Counted from the first letter of the stretch, positions 9,739 to 20,157 are shown. The stretch: DNA of 64,000 nucleotides from Nitrosopumilaceae archaeon (GCA_965209085.1 OZ242376.1:1568001-1632000); one strand, 5' to 3'. Notes: generated by a model not told the origin, from the sequence alone. Program-made: numbers and translations.

Positions 9739-10350
9739 TTACTGTCCCATCAGGGTTATAAAATCCGCCTTTGGAATTTTACGCATTACAGGGTTTGTTC
9801 TCTTTTGATCGCCTATTGTAGAGATTTTCTCAGAGCCATAATCGTGCCCAGGATACATGATCAGTTGCTCATCTAGCCCGTATAGAACCTCAAATATGCT
9901 ATCGTATATCTCCGAGGCGCTGCCCCCCTCCAAATCAATTCTCCCACAGCTGCCTACAAAGAGCGTATCACCTGAGAATATCTTGCCATCTCCAACAAGG
10001 CATATGCTGTCTTTTGAATGCCCCGGCGTGTGTAAAACTTGCAAACTGCTGTTGCCAAATTTTATCTCCTCACCATCGGATACGGATATTTCATGTGACA
10101 TCTGTGATGCCTCATGCTGGACTATTTGCGCTCCTGTATCTTTTGAGAGCTGCTCATTACCGGTCGTATGATCAAAGTGATGGTGCGTATTTACTATGTA
10201 GATGGGTTTGAGGGATTTACTATTTATTACATCCATTATCTTATCCAAATCCCAGGACGGGTCTATGATTATGCATTTGAGCGTTTCCTCATCGTATACG
10301 ACATATGTAAAATTCTGCATCTGTCCCACCGGTATCTGATGTATGATCAT
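9739..10350 (-). CDS. metallo-beta-lactamase fold hydrolase (glyoxalase II-like)
   Basis: Motifs THHHFDH, HTPGHS, SGDTLF and PGHDY. Confidence 0.9.
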   Translation of the reverse strand: MIIHQIPVGQMQNFTYVVYDEETLKCIIIDPSWDLDKIMDVINSKSLKPIYIVNTHHHFDHTTGNEQLSKDTGAQIVQHEASQMSHEISVSDGEEIKFGNSSLQVLHTPGHSKDSICLVGDGKIFSGDTLFVGSCGRIDLEGGSASEIYDSIFEVLYGLDEQLIMYPGHDYGSEKISTIGDQKRTNPVMRKIPKADFITLMGQ

Positions 10351-10994
10351 GATAAGATTCCTTTTTCCGCTTCCGGAGGTATGCCGATTTTTTCAACATG
10401 TATTATTCCGCATAAATCTTTGCGTTCGGCCATGCCAATTTTTAATTTATGAAACGTAACTGTCATGTCAGCCTTTACTACCGCATCGGATTCTTTTCCA
10501 GTATCAGGATCAAGTCCGGAAGGCACATCGATTGCAAGTTTTAGTGCATTGGATGCATTTACCGCAGATATTGCAGAATGATAAGGCTCACGTATTTTAC
10601 CTGATATTCCCGTTCCAAGTATGCCATCTATAACAATATTCTCTCCGGAATTTTTTATCTCACCGTTAGGTAACAGCTGCACTGATGGCATCTTTGTAAG
10701 CAGATTCCAATTCCATCTGCTCTCATCGGTTTTTATTTTTCCAGGATCACCGAGCAGGATAATACGGGGTTTTGCACCGTATCCGGCAAGATGTCGTGCT
10801 GCCACCATGGCATCTCCGCCATTGTTTCCAAGTCCAGCATACACTAGAACTTGGCTAGATGAGACATCCCCAAATTTCTCAACAAGTCTTTTCACTGCAG
10901 CAGCTCCGGCATTCTCCATCATGAATTTTTTTAAAAAACCCATATCATGACCCTTGTTCTCTATGGCCATCATCTGTTTTACGCTGATCCTCAT
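10347..10994 (-). CDS. nnrE: NAD(P)H-hydrate epimerase (YjeF N-terminal domain)
   Basis: Motifs MMENAG, GNNGGD, DGILGTG and DVPSG. Confidence 0.92.
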   Translation of the reverse strand: MRISVKQMMAIENKGHDMGFLKKFMMENAGAAAVKRLVEKFGDVSSSQVLVYAGLGNNGGDAMVAARHLAGYGAKPRIILLGDPGKIKTDESRWNWNLLTKMPSVQLLPNGEIKNSGENIVIDGILGTGISGKIREPYHSAISAVNASNALKLAIDVPSGLDPDTGKESDAVVKADMTVTFHKLKIGMAERKDLCGIIHVEKIGIPPEAEKGILS

Positions 10995-11087
10995 ACCTAG
11001 GAGTGATTTTATACATAAAATAAGTGGTTTGAAGAGTACCTATCAAAAATCCATTAGACTATATAGACAAATTTTTGTCTATATATT

Positions 11088-12122
11088 ATGGAAGAGCAGG
11101 AAGAGGCGCGAAAGATCCAATTTACCGGCAATTCATCATACATTGTATCCCTGCCAAAAAGCTGGGTAACCGAGATGGGTCTAAAGCGAGGCGATCAGGT
11201 TAGAATGTACCGTCAGGGAACAAACGAGATTCTTGTATCACCACAAAAGCTTCGCATGCACAAAATGACAAATGACGAAGCGGTTATAGAAATTGGCGCA
11301 AATGAAAATGTTGATGCAGTAACGCGTAAAATAATCTCACTGTATTTTATGGGATTTAACACCATTGCGATAAAACCAAAGGAGGGCAGACTGGCAAGCT
11401 CACAAAGAGCGGCCGTAAAAGACGTTACAAAGAGGCTTTTAATGGGTGTGGAGATAATATCGGATTCAAGCTCTGGCATTACACTGCAGGTTCTTGTAAG
11501 TCTAGTAGAGCTTAGTGTGGACGGGGCGTTTAAAAGAATGATACATTTGGCAAAGACGATGCTCTCTGATGCAATAATTGCGGCAAGCGAGGGAAATATT
11601 GATCTTGCAAAAGAAGTGATACAGGCAGACGATGAAGTTGACAGATTTGGGTTTTACATTATACGGCAGATAGAGATTGCCGTACGCAACAAACACATGT
11701 TAAAGGAAATAGGTTTTTCAAATCTGCGCAGCTGTCTTGGATACAGAATCGTGGTGAAAAATATTGAAAGAACCGGAGATCAGGCAGCAATCATTGCAAA
11801 GGATGTTATTGAAATGAAAAAAAGTTTGAAAAAATCCCTGCACAAGGACATCAATAAAATGAGCGATTTTGCCGCAGAATTAATAGATGATGCGTGCCTT
11901 GCCATGTTCAAAGACGACTATGTTCAGGCAGAAAAAATTGTAACAAAATCTTCAAGTATTTCAACATATGAGGATGTGCTCCCAAAGACGCTTGATTCAG
12001 CGGACAAGGACGCATATCAGGCAAGACGTATTGCAGGCAATTTACGCCGTATAGCAGAATATGCAAGCGATATAGCTGAAATTGTGCTAAATATGACAGT
12101 TGAGAAGACGCTGAAAAACTAG
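11088..12122 (+). CDS. AbrB-PhoU phosphate uptake regulator
   Basis: RKIQFTGNSSYIVSLPKSW AbrB domain followed by PhoU repeats (DDEVDRF, ERTGDQA). Confidence 0.9.
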   Translation: MEEQEEARKIQFTGNSSYIVSLPKSWVTEMGLKRGDQVRMYRQGTNEILVSPQKLRMHKMTNDEAVIEIGANENVDAVTRKIISLYFMGFNTIAIKPKEGRLASSQRAAVKDVTKRLLMGVEIISDSSSGITLQVLVSLVELSVDGAFKRMIHLAKTMLSDAIIAASEGNIDLAKEVIQADDEVDRFGFYIIRQIEIAVRNKHMLKEIGFSNLRSCLGYRIVVKNIERTGDQAAIIAKDVIEMKKSLKKSLHKDINKMSDFAAELIDDACLAMFKDDYVQAEKIVTKSSSISTYEDVLPKTLDSADKDAYQARRIAGNLRRIAEYASDIAEIVLNMTVEKTLKN

Positions 12123-12155
12123 TCAATTTTTAACCCACCGTATGATACAGCCTGC

Positions 12156-13247
12156 ATGGATAAAGCCATACTAGTAGCGCACATGTTGGATGATTCAGTG
12201 AATGAGGCGTTAGAGCTGTGCAGATCAGCAGAATACAAAGTGGTACACGTTATGCGGCAAAAATACATGGACAGGCCCAAATTCGGCATAGGCACAGGGG
12301 CACTGGAGAAACTTGAAGAGATGGCCAAAAAGGTGAATCCGGACGTTATCATATATGATGAGAACTTGAGACCAAGTCAAAATTACAACCTTGCATCACA
12401 CCTGCACCGCAACATACTCGACAGAGAAGCGCTCATACTGGAAATATTTGAGTCTAGAGCATCAAGTGCTGAATCAAAGTTGCAGGTAAAACTTGCCCAG
12501 ATGCGGTACGAGATGTCTCGTGCAAGAGAAAAAGTAAAACTTGCAAGAATGGGCGAGCAGCCAGGATTTATGGGAATAGGCAAGTTTGAAGTTGACACGT
12601 ATTACAATGACATACGCCACAGAATGAACGCTGTGAAATTAAAACTTGAAAAATCCCACCGGCAGCGCGAGCTTCACAGAAGTAGCAGACAGCGGTTGGG
12701 ATGGAAGATTGTATCGCTGGCAGGATACACGTCGGCAGGTAAAACCACTCTCTTTAATGTACTAACAGGGGAGCATAAAGAACAAGATTCCAAACTATTC
12801 ACCACTCTAACCACAACCACCCGCAAAGCTAAACTTGGAGGCGAAATGGTTCTTGTTTCAGATACGGTAGGTTTTATCAGCAGACTTCCCGCGTATATGA
12901 TCAAGGCGTTTCATTCTACTTTGGAAGAGATGGTATACGCTGATGTCATATTGCTTGTGGTGGATTTTAGCGAAGAACTTGATGTAATGCTTAGAAAATT
13001 CAAAAGCTGTCAGATGGCACTTGATGAGATTGGTGTGAAAAAGGAAAAAATCATTACCGTTTTTAACAAAAATGACCTTTCACAGGTCCCGATAAATTAT
13101 ACGCTAAAGGCATTTGGCATGGACGAGGAGAACAAATGGGTTAAAATTTCTGCAAAGACTGGAAATAATTGCAAGCGTCTTGAGAACATGATTGCAAAAA
13201 TTATGCGTGATTCAAAAAAACCCTCGGAGTCTAAAAGTTGGCAATAG
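12156..13247 (+). CDS. hflX: GTPase HflX
   Basis: Motifs ILEIF, KLQVKLAQ, GYTSAGKTT, DTVGFI and NKND. Confidence 0.95.
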   Translation: MDKAILVAHMLDDSVNEALELCRSAEYKVVHVMRQKYMDRPKFGIGTGALEKLEEMAKKVNPDVIIYDENLRPSQNYNLASHLHRNILDREALILEIFESRASSAESKLQVKLAQMRYEMSRAREKVKLARMGEQPGFMGIGKFEVDTYYNDIRHRMNAVKLKLEKSHRQRELHRSSRQRLGWKIVSLAGYTSAGKTTLFNVLTGEHKEQDSKLFTTLTTTTRKAKLGGEMVLVSDTVGFISRLPAYMIKAFHSTLEEMVYADVILLVVDFSEELDVMLRKFKSCQMALDEIGVKKEKIITVFNKNDLSQVPINYTLKAFGMDEENKWVKISAKTGNNCKRLENMIAKIMRDSKKPSESKSWQ

Positions 13248-13777
13248 AGGTTTTACGCATAGGCGAGAGGGTGGTACGCGATGACAGGGCCACTACGCAT
13301 GCAGCATTGGTGGCACGCGCTTTTGGAGCCTCGTGCATATACATGAGCGGCATAGGATCCGGCATCGAGGAGAGCATACGAAAAGTCAACGAGAGATGGG
13401 GAAGCGGTTTTACAGTAGAGGTTACGGAAAGCTGGAAAAAAACCGCAAATGCAAAGAAAAAAGCCGGATTCAAGATCGTACATTTGACAATGTACGGTGA
13501 AAGCGTGGATGAGGTTGCGCTAGAAATTAAAAAACATGCAGACATGTTGGTGGTAATTGGCGCTGAAAAGGTACCAAGGGACGTATATGATATTGCAGAT
13601 TACAACGTGGCAGTGGGCAACCAACCGCATTCGGAGATTAGCGCCCTTGCCATACTGCTTGACAGACTGGGAAGTGGATTTTCAGGCAAACTGCCCGGAG
13701 CCCAAATGAGAATTGTGCCGCAAAAAAGGGGCAAATTGGTGGTAAAAGGCGATGCTGAAAAATCGGCAAACTGTTAA
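13238..13777 (+). CDS. trm56: tRNA (cytidine56-2'-O)-methyltransferase aTrm56
   Basis: Motifs RDDRATTH, VHLTMYG, GAEKVP and NQPHSE. Confidence 0.93.
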   Translation: MAIEVLRIGERVVRDDRATTHAALVARAFGASCIYMSGIGSGIEESIRKVNERWGSGFTVEVTESWKKTANAKKKAGFKIVHLTMYGESVDEVALEIKKHADMLVVIGAEKVPRDVYDIADYNVAVGNQPHSEISALAILLDRLGSGFSGKLPGAQMRIVPQKRGKLVVKGDAEKSANC

Positions 13778-13801
13778 TAATAATCCCATTAAAGCGCATA
13801 C

Positions 13802-14317
13802 ATGGTAGAAAAATACGAGGATCCGTTTGTAAGGATAGCCTCGATGATCGGCGGCGACGAATATCTAAAGATAGCCCGCTCTTTGCTAAAAGTAGAAGAT
13901 GCAACAGATGAAGAGATCGCCAGCTCTACTGGACTGCGAATAAATTTGGTGCGAAAAATTCTCTACGATCTGTTCGGCAAGTCACTCATTACCGGAATAC
14001 GTGTAAAGGATGAACGTAAAGGCTGGTTTGTATACAGATGGCGTTCAAGACGAGACGAGGTGGAAAATTATATTGAGAATCAAAAGAAAAAGATTACCAT
14101 GCGTTTGCAGCAGAGACTAGATTATGAAAATTCCTCTGAATTTTACCACTGCGGAAATAATGACTGTGATAGGGTCACATTTGAAAACGCCCTTGATGGC
14201 ATGTTCAAATGTCCTTCATGCGGCATGGTTCTTAATCTAAAAAAGAATGAAAGATCAAAGAGTGCGTTTGCCAGAAAAATTGACTTTATACGAGAAGATA
14301 TGCAACAAAAAATCTGA
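13802..14317 (+). CDS. tfe: transcription factor E (TFE alpha)
   Basis: TDEEIA wHTH, GWFVYRW and zinc ribbon FKCPSCG. Confidence 0.93.
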   Translation: MVEKYEDPFVRIASMIGGDEYLKIARSLLKVEDATDEEIASSTGLRINLVRKILYDLFGKSLITGIRVKDERKGWFVYRWRSRRDEVENYIENQKKKITMRLQQRLDYENSSEFYHCGNNDCDRVTFENALDGMFKCPSCGMVLNLKKNERSKSAFARKIDFIREDMQQKI

Positions 14318-14429
14318 ATGTATACGGCCGTTCATTTTCCATGTCAGCATTATTTTGTTTTAGAAAACCTGTACAGCGGATTGAATTTAACCTAGACGTT
14401 TAAATATAGTTTTGAAATCGATTTAATAG

Positions 14430-14633
14430 TTGAATATGAATAAAGTATCAAGAATTATTTTAGTATTACCAGTGTTGTTTTTTTCAGGTCTGTTTGTTTC
14501 TGATGCGCATGCATACATTGATCCTGGTGCCGGCAGCGCTGCAATACAAATTTTGATTGGCGCTCTGGCCGGACTTGCAATAACTTTAAAGCTGTACTGG
14601 TACAAAATAAGAGAAAAACTCAGAAAGAAGTAA
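14430..14633 (+). CDS. small membrane protein with AxA-YIDPGAGS motif
   Basis: Signal-like N-terminus ending AHA, then YIDPGAGS, a transmembrane helix and a basic tail. It ends 1 nt before the next gene. Confidence 0.7.
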   Translation: MNMNKVSRIILVLPVLFFSGLFVSDAHAYIDPGAGSAAIQILIGALAGLAITLKLYWYKIREKLRKK

Positions 14634-14634
14634 A

Positions 14635-16014
14635 TTGACAACTTATAATAAAGAATCTAGTTCGTTTCGGGATCCTAGTGGGTTTATTTTTTACGATTCA
14701 GACGTATTATACCGGCAGATCAACAAATCATACAAAGATGATTATGATCATTTGATGAATTCAGGATTGTATGAAAAGCTGACAGAACTGAATCATCTTT
14801 TGCCTCACGAAGAGACGGATAAAACACCGTATGATGATAATGCATACAAGATAATAAAACCAGAAAAAATACCATTCATTTCATATCCATACGAATGGTC
14901 ATTTACGCAATTAAAACAGGCTGCACTTGTCACTTTGGAAATTCAAAAAATTGCCATGTCGCATGATATGGTATTAAAAGACTGCAGCGCATACAATATA
15001 CAATTCAAAGGATGCAAGCCGTGCTTGATTGATACACTATCTTTTGAAAGATACAAGGAGGGGCAAATATGGCAAGCATACAGACAATTTTGTCAGCATT
15101 TTATGGCACCATTGGCACTGATGTCTCATAAAGATGTGAGATTAAACCAGTTATTGAGGACATACATTGACGGCATTCCACTTGATTTGGCAAGTACTTT
15201 GCTGCCAGGTAAGACACGCGCCATGTTTTCAATTCTCACACATATTCACGCACATGCAAAAAGTCAAAAAAAATACGAAACAAAACAGGAAAATTTCAAG
15301 GAGAGAAAGATGGGCAAGAGATCGTTGGAGGGAATTGTTGAAAGCCTTCGTTCAGGAGTATCCAAGATGAAATGGAAGCTAGCAGATACTGAATGGGGGA
15401 ATTATTATTCGGACACCAACTATACAGAAGAATCTTTTACACATAAAAAACAGATAATTGAAAAACGTATTTTGGAGATCAAGCCCCACATAGTATGGGA
15501 TTTGGGTGCAAATACCGGCGTGTTTAGCCGTCTTGCTAGTGGGCAGGGATTTTCAACTATATCCTTTGATATTGATCCGGTGGCGGTGGAAAAAAACTAT
15601 CTAGACTGCATGAAAAATGATGAAAAAAATCTTTTACCGCTAGTAATGGATCTGACCAATCCAAGTCCGTATTTGGGGTGGGAAAATGATGAACGGGTGT
15701 CATTCATGAAAAGAAGTCCGGCGGATTTGGCAATGGCTCTAGCCCTCATACATCATCTTGCCATTTCAAATAATCTTCCATTTGATAAAATTGCACGATT
15801 TTTTCAAAAAATTTGCAAATCATTAATCATAGAATTTGTTCCAAAAGAAGATTCACAGGTACAGAGACTTTTATCAACCAGAGAGGACATATTTGACAAT
15901 TATAACAAGAGTAGTTTCGAGTCCACATTCAAAGAATATTTTGAAATTGTCGAATCAGTAGCAGTAAAGAATTCAGAAAGATACATGTATTATATGACAA
16001 ACAGACTCAAATGA
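14635..16014 (+). CDS. NoeA-like protein: N-terminal kinase-like domain plus C-terminal class I SAM methyltransferase
   Basis: SFRDPSG, ISYPYEWSF, LKDCSAYN and IDTLSF in the N-terminal half. WDLGANTG SAM motif and LALIHH in the C-terminal half. Confidence 0.8.
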   Translation: MTTYNKESSSFRDPSGFIFYDSDVLYRQINKSYKDDYDHLMNSGLYEKLTELNHLLPHEETDKTPYDDNAYKIIKPEKIPFISYPYEWSFTQLKQAALVTLEIQKIAMSHDMVLKDCSAYNIQFKGCKPCLIDTLSFERYKEGQIWQAYRQFCQHFMAPLALMSHKDVRLNQLLRTYIDGIPLDLASTLLPGKTRAMFSILTHIHAHAKSQKKYETKQENFKERKMGKRSLEGIVESLRSGVSKMKWKLADTEWGNYYSDTNYTEESFTHKKQIIEKRILEIKPHIVWDLGANTGVFSRLASGQGFSTISFDIDPVAVEKNYLDCMKNDEKNLLPLVMDLTNPSPYLGWENDERVSFMKRSPADLAMALALIHHLAISNNLPFDKIARFFQKICKSLIIEFVPKEDSQVQRLLSTREDIFDNYNKSSFESTFKEYFEIVESVAVKNSERYMYYMTNRLK

Positions 16015-16044
16015 TGTATGCTGTTAGTGCAAGATCATTATAGA

Positions 16045-17562
16045 TCAATTACTTGAATTAATCAGAGAATTTGTTACATCCACATAGTCAGTTTCTGCAT
16101 CATTTAAAACATAAAATTTATTTTCTAATATATCGTAATTATCATCAAAATACGTATTAAATAATACGCGAAAAGTGTTTACGGGGCTGTTATTTTCTAG
16201 TTCGAGATTTCTGTCTCCGTTGGGAATATAGTATGCTCTAAAATTATTAAGTTTTATTATATTACGATCGGTAGGATCGTCAATGGTGTGCACATCCCTT
16301 TTCCCGTGATCTGACTGGATTATAATAATAGGAGGATCATCTGTATCAACAAGTCCACGTATGATGTCTTTTAATTTATAATTTACAAACTGTATCTGAT
16401 CGATATAGAGACTGTCTCGATGTCCGGATATATCATCTATATTTGAAAGAAGTGAATCAGGATTTCCACCGGTTGGATTGAATACGAATGGGGAATGGGG
16501 AGACATTATGTGGGTTAATACAAATTTTGGTGTTTTATCATTTTCTGACATTTTATCCAACTCGTCAAATGAACAGATGACTTTATTTTGCAAATCTTCA
16601 CGTAGTATAAATTCAGTTCCGGGTACTAGTATCATTGAATGTTGGAGTATATTTCGCATAAAGAATGAGTCGAATAGATCCGATGGTGAACACAATTTAT
16701 GATCAATGTTGTTTGTTGGAAAATCCAAATAAAAGCTGGATTCAATAAAATATGTGGTATAGCCTTTTGATCGAAAATTATCAAAAACCGACCAATTTTC
16801 AGTATTTGGTGTATTTACATCGTATAAATCATCATCGTGTACATATTTCATATTCATGGTAGATGATACAGAATCACTAGTATAATCGTAATTGCTATAG
16901 CTATCCTGCGCTACATAAAAACCATTTTCAGTTAAAAAATTCTTAAAATCGCTATTATCAAAATTCCAATGCATCTCCGTTGACTTGGAACCGGCATATG
17001 CGTCAGGCAATATGTAGTAAACATCTGGACCATTATACGGTATAGAAGAGACATTCATGTTTGTCTGACGAGTTTCTGCAACATAATCATTATTGTATGC
17101 GAGTGATTCTCCAATGTCAATAACTGGCATTATCATTGTAATTATGGCAGAAACCATAATTATTTTTACAACATTATTCAACATATGCTTTGTTTTTATG
17201 ATGAATATGGGAGATATAATAAATAAAATTATGTAAATGGCAAATGTAATAAAAAGAAATCCTGTGGAGCTAATATTAAAAAAACCGTCAAGAGATAATC
17301 GCGCATGCCCATAAGAGAAAAATAGTGCCGCCCAAAATGATATAATTAAACTAGATTTAATCCGATTTTTTAATGCATAACCTAATAACAACCACAGTAA
17401 AAATGCCACAATTATGAAAACGAATAATAACTGTAGTATGTAAATTGGTTGTTCATTTACGTTTTTTGAAAACAAAAAAATTATTGGAAATGCAAAAAAT
17501 ATCAAAGGAAGAATAAACGTAAATTTGGAATTTTTATTTACCAGTTGTTTTGCAGTGGACAC
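16045..17562 (-). CDS. polytopic membrane protein with sulfatase/alkaline-phosphatase-fold domain (LtaS/NoeB-like)
   Basis: About five N-terminal TM helices, then PDVYYILPDAY, HIMSPHSPF, IIIIQSDHG and SPVNTFR. Confidence 0.8.
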   Translation of the reverse strand: MSTAKQLVNKNSKFTFILPLIFFAFPIIFLFSKNVNEQPIYILQLLFVFIIVAFLLWLLLGYALKNRIKSSLIISFWAALFFSYGHARLSLDGFFNISSTGFLFITFAIYIILFIISPIFIIKTKHMLNNVVKIIMVSAIITMIMPVIDIGESLAYNNDYVAETRQTNMNVSSIPYNGPDVYYILPDAYAGSKSTEMHWNFDNSDFKNFLTENGFYVAQDSYSNYDYTSDSVSSTMNMKYVHDDDLYDVNTPNTENWSVFDNFRSKGYTTYFIESSFYLDFPTNNIDHKLCSPSDLFDSFFMRNILQHSMILVPGTEFILREDLQNKVICSFDELDKMSENDKTPKFVLTHIMSPHSPFVFNPTGGNPDSLLSNIDDISGHRDSLYIDQIQFVNYKLKDIIRGLVDTDDPPIIIIQSDHGKRDVHTIDDPTDRNIIKLNNFRAYYIPNGDRNLELENNSPVNTFRVLFNTYFDDNYDILENKFYVLNDAETDYVDVTNSLINSSN

Positions 17563-17681
17563 ACGGTTTGCAGTATTTATGTTGTTTATGTATCTAACTT
17601 TTGAATTAATTACTTGAAAAATACGTTTGTCCCATACCCAGATTTGTATTAGCTTATAACCAACTCTTGTAAAGCATATTC

Positions 17682-17996
17682 ATGGAAGATGGAGAAAAAA
17701 AGATACGCCAGGAAGACTGTAATGAGGACAATCTAGGACAGGGCATTTTGACACTTACAAACAGGCGCGTGGCATTTGATAAAACAAGGGGAAGAATAAT
17801 GGATTTTGCAAAAAAATTCGGTGATACCGTAATTGACGTGCAATTGGATAAAATAACAAAGGTCTGGAAAGAAGGGCTGCTTATCAAAAAGATATGCATT
17901 ACTGCGGATATAGCAGATGAGGAAAAGACATTCAAATTTGGCGTGCTTGGAACAGGCTCTTGGGTCAAATCAATACAAAAAGCAAAAGATAGTTAA
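17682..17996 (+). CDS. hypothetical protein, PH/GRAM-like fold
   Basis: GILTLTNRRVAF motif typical of PH-like archaeal proteins. Confidence 0.55.
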   Translation: MEDGEKKIRQEDCNEDNLGQGILTLTNRRVAFDKTRGRIMDFAKKFGDTVIDVQLDKITKVWKEGLLIKKICITADIADEEKTFKFGVLGTGSWVKSIQKAKDS

Positions 17997-18976
17997 TAGT
18001 CCACATCCACGCCATCAAGTCTCCACGATTGGCGCACAAATGCATTTTTGATTTTTACGCCGCCGTACGTGGCATGCTCTAGCATTCCAACGCACGCAAT
18101 TTGTGATCCACAGTCGCCGGAAAATTTTGGAGATACTGCGTATAATTTTGATTTGTGTCGTGTACATGCTCCCTTTAACATTGAAGAGAGGCGTGAATTT
18201 GCAGCAACTCCTCCTACAATCAGCAGTTCTTTTTTTCCGGTAAACGCAAGAGCTCTCTCGGAGGCTTCTGCAATCATGGCAAATGCAGTTTCCTGTAACG
18301 AATAACATGCGGCATTTTTTCCATCCAGTGCTGCTTTTTTTGCAGCAGATAAAAGTCCGGAAAATGATACGTCGTTTCCTCGCACAGAATATGGCAGCTG
18401 TACATATTTGGAAGATTTTGATGCGAGTTTTTCCACGCGTTTGCCGCACGGAGAGGCAAATCCCAAAGATCTGCCAAACTGATCCAAAAGCTGGCCAAGA
18501 GTTATGTCCAATGTCTCGCCAAAAACGCGCCATCTTGGATGTGCAAATGCAAGCAACATTGTGTGTCCTCCTGAAACGAGTAAAACTAACGGATCAGTAG
18601 CTCCTGTAAGCATGCGGCCAAGTTCGATGTGACCGATTGCATGATTTATCGGATAGAGCGGTTTTTTGTAGTATGATGCAAGCGAGCGGGCCACCACCGC
18701 TCCCACCCTAAGACATGGTCCAAGTCCGGGTCCGGCAGCATACGAGACTGCATCAATATCCTTTATGCTTATTTTAGCCTCTTTGAGGCATTTTGAGAGT
18801 ACGTCAGGACCGCATGCCACATGGTGCCTTGATGCCTCACGGGGATGTATTCCGCTGCCTTTGGGAGGTTTGTACATGTCCCGCACGTCTGCTAGAACCG
18901 TCCGTTTGGAGCGTTTTTTCTCCAATACGGCGCACGAGAACGTATGCGCTGTACTCTCTATTCCAAGGCAGAGTAT
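17993..18976 (-). CDS. kae1: tRNA N6-threonylcarbamoyladenosine transferase Kae1 (KEOPS)
   Basis: Motifs GIHPREA, GPGLGPCL, HAIGHIE, VSGGHT and GETLD. The conserved LGIESTAHT lies upstream of the ORF-track start, so the gene is extended to ATA 18976. Confidence 0.92.
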   Translation of the reverse strand: MLCLGIESTAHTFSCAVLEKKRSKRTVLADVRDMYKPPKGSGIHPREASRHHVACGPDVLSKCLKEAKISIKDIDAVSYAAGPGLGPCLRVGAVVARSLASYYKKPLYPINHAIGHIELGRMLTGATDPLVLLVSGGHTMLLAFAHPRWRVFGETLDITLGQLLDQFGRSLGFASPCGKRVEKLASKSSKYVQLPYSVRGNDVSFSGLLSAAKKAALDGKNAACYSLQETAFAMIAEASERALAFTGKKELLIVGGVAANSRLSSMLKGACTRHKSKLYAVSPKFSGDCGSQIACVGMLEHATYGGVKIKNAFVRQSWRLDGVDVDY

Positions 18977-18978
18977 TC

Positions 18979-20157
18979 CTATCCCCTGCCTTTGGTTGAG
19001 ACTATCTTTATGACGTCCCCGTCCTTTATTTTGTGATCCGCGCCGATGCGCTGTTTATTTTTACAGTCAATGGCGTGCAAAAATCCATCGGCCAAATCCG
19101 CGTGTACCATTCGCGCCAAATCTTTTGCAGTTGATCCTGGTTGTAGCAGTTTTACGTCAGGCAATATGGAGCCGTCTTTGTTTTGCAGTTTTGTCTCATC
19201 TTCTACAGGATACGCCGTCAGCATGTGCAGTTTTTCAAATACTACAGTTTCCAGGACTTTTTGAATTCCCGTACCATTTATTTTTTCAATTACAGCTTTT
19301 GCCTTTGAGAGTGCTTTCTTTTGAGCCTCGTTTGCACCTTTGGTTTCTACAAAGCTCTCAGAACCTGGAACGTATTCTGCAAGTCCGACAGCATTTGCTT
19401 TGCGTAGCAAAAGCTCAACCTCGGCGCTGCATGGTATGGCACCTGTTTCTATATTTTCAAGAATATCCAAATTTGGACATGAATCAGCCTTGTTTGCTGC
19501 AATAATTATGGGTTTTGAGATCTTTCGCAGTGCGGATGCAAATGAGGCAATATCTTTTTTCTGCCACTTTGATGGTTTTACATCCATGCGGTTTTCAGAA
19601 AGTAATACTGCCCGCACGTCGGGTTCTTTTATTCCAAGGCCGCTCAGTCTGCGTGATATTCCATCAAGCAGCGTGGTTTTTTTCTGTTCGGCCTCTTTTA
19701 CAAGCTTTGGCCATTCACGTTCCAAGAGCTGTGCAAACCAGGCGTCAAACTCATAGTGTACAAATTCAATATCTTTTAGAGGATCGTGAGAACCGGGAGT
19801 CACAGGCTGTCCCTCAATGTCTGTGCCTCCGGATATGTCCACAACATGCACCAATGCGTCTGCCTGACGCGCATCATCAAGAAACTTGTTGCCCAATCCC
19901 TTGCCTTCATGTGCTCCTGGAACAAGTCCTGCCACGTCTATGAGACTTATGGGTATGAAACGTGTTCCCTCTTTGCAGTTACCGCACAGTCCTAATTCAA
20001 AATGCGTGCACGCACACGGTTTTCGAACGTGTGCCACCCCCACGTTTGGATCAATAGTGGTAAAAGGGAAATTTCCAGTCGCCACTTCAGTCTGCGTAGC
20101 TGCTGAAAAAAATGTGGATTTTCCAACGTTTGCCTTGCCCAACAATCCGATCTGCAT
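18979..20157 (-). CDS. ychF: YchF/Obg-family P-loop NTPase with TGS domain
   Basis: Motifs GKANVGKST, FPFTTIDPN, DVAGLVPGAHEGKGLGNKFL and NKAD. Confidence 0.93.
   Translation of the reverse strand: MQIGLLGKANVGKSTFFSAATQTEVATGNFPFTTIDPNVGVAHVRKPCACTHFELGLCGNCKEGTRFIPISLIDVAGLVPGAHEGKGLGNKFLDDARQADALVHVVDISGGTDIEGQPVTPGSHDPLKDIEFVHYEFDAWFAQLLEREWPKLVKEAEQKKTTLLDGISRRLSGLGIKEPDVRAVLLSENRMDVKPSKWQKKDIASFASALRKISKPIIIAANKADSCPNLDILENIETGAIPCSAEVELLLRKANAVGLAEYVPGSESFVETKGANEAQKKALSKAKAVIEKINGTGIQKVLETVVFEKLHMLTAYPVEDETKLQNKDGSILPDVKLLQPGSTAKDLARMVHADLADGFLHAIDCKNKQRIGADHKIKDGDVIKIVSTKGRG

Noticed and set aside
9034-9876. Long antisense ORFs (280 aa here, also 5654-6304, 22472-23191, 33785-34399, 36158-36868)
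   Set aside because: They are shadow frames opposite well-supported genes and carry no recognisable motifs.
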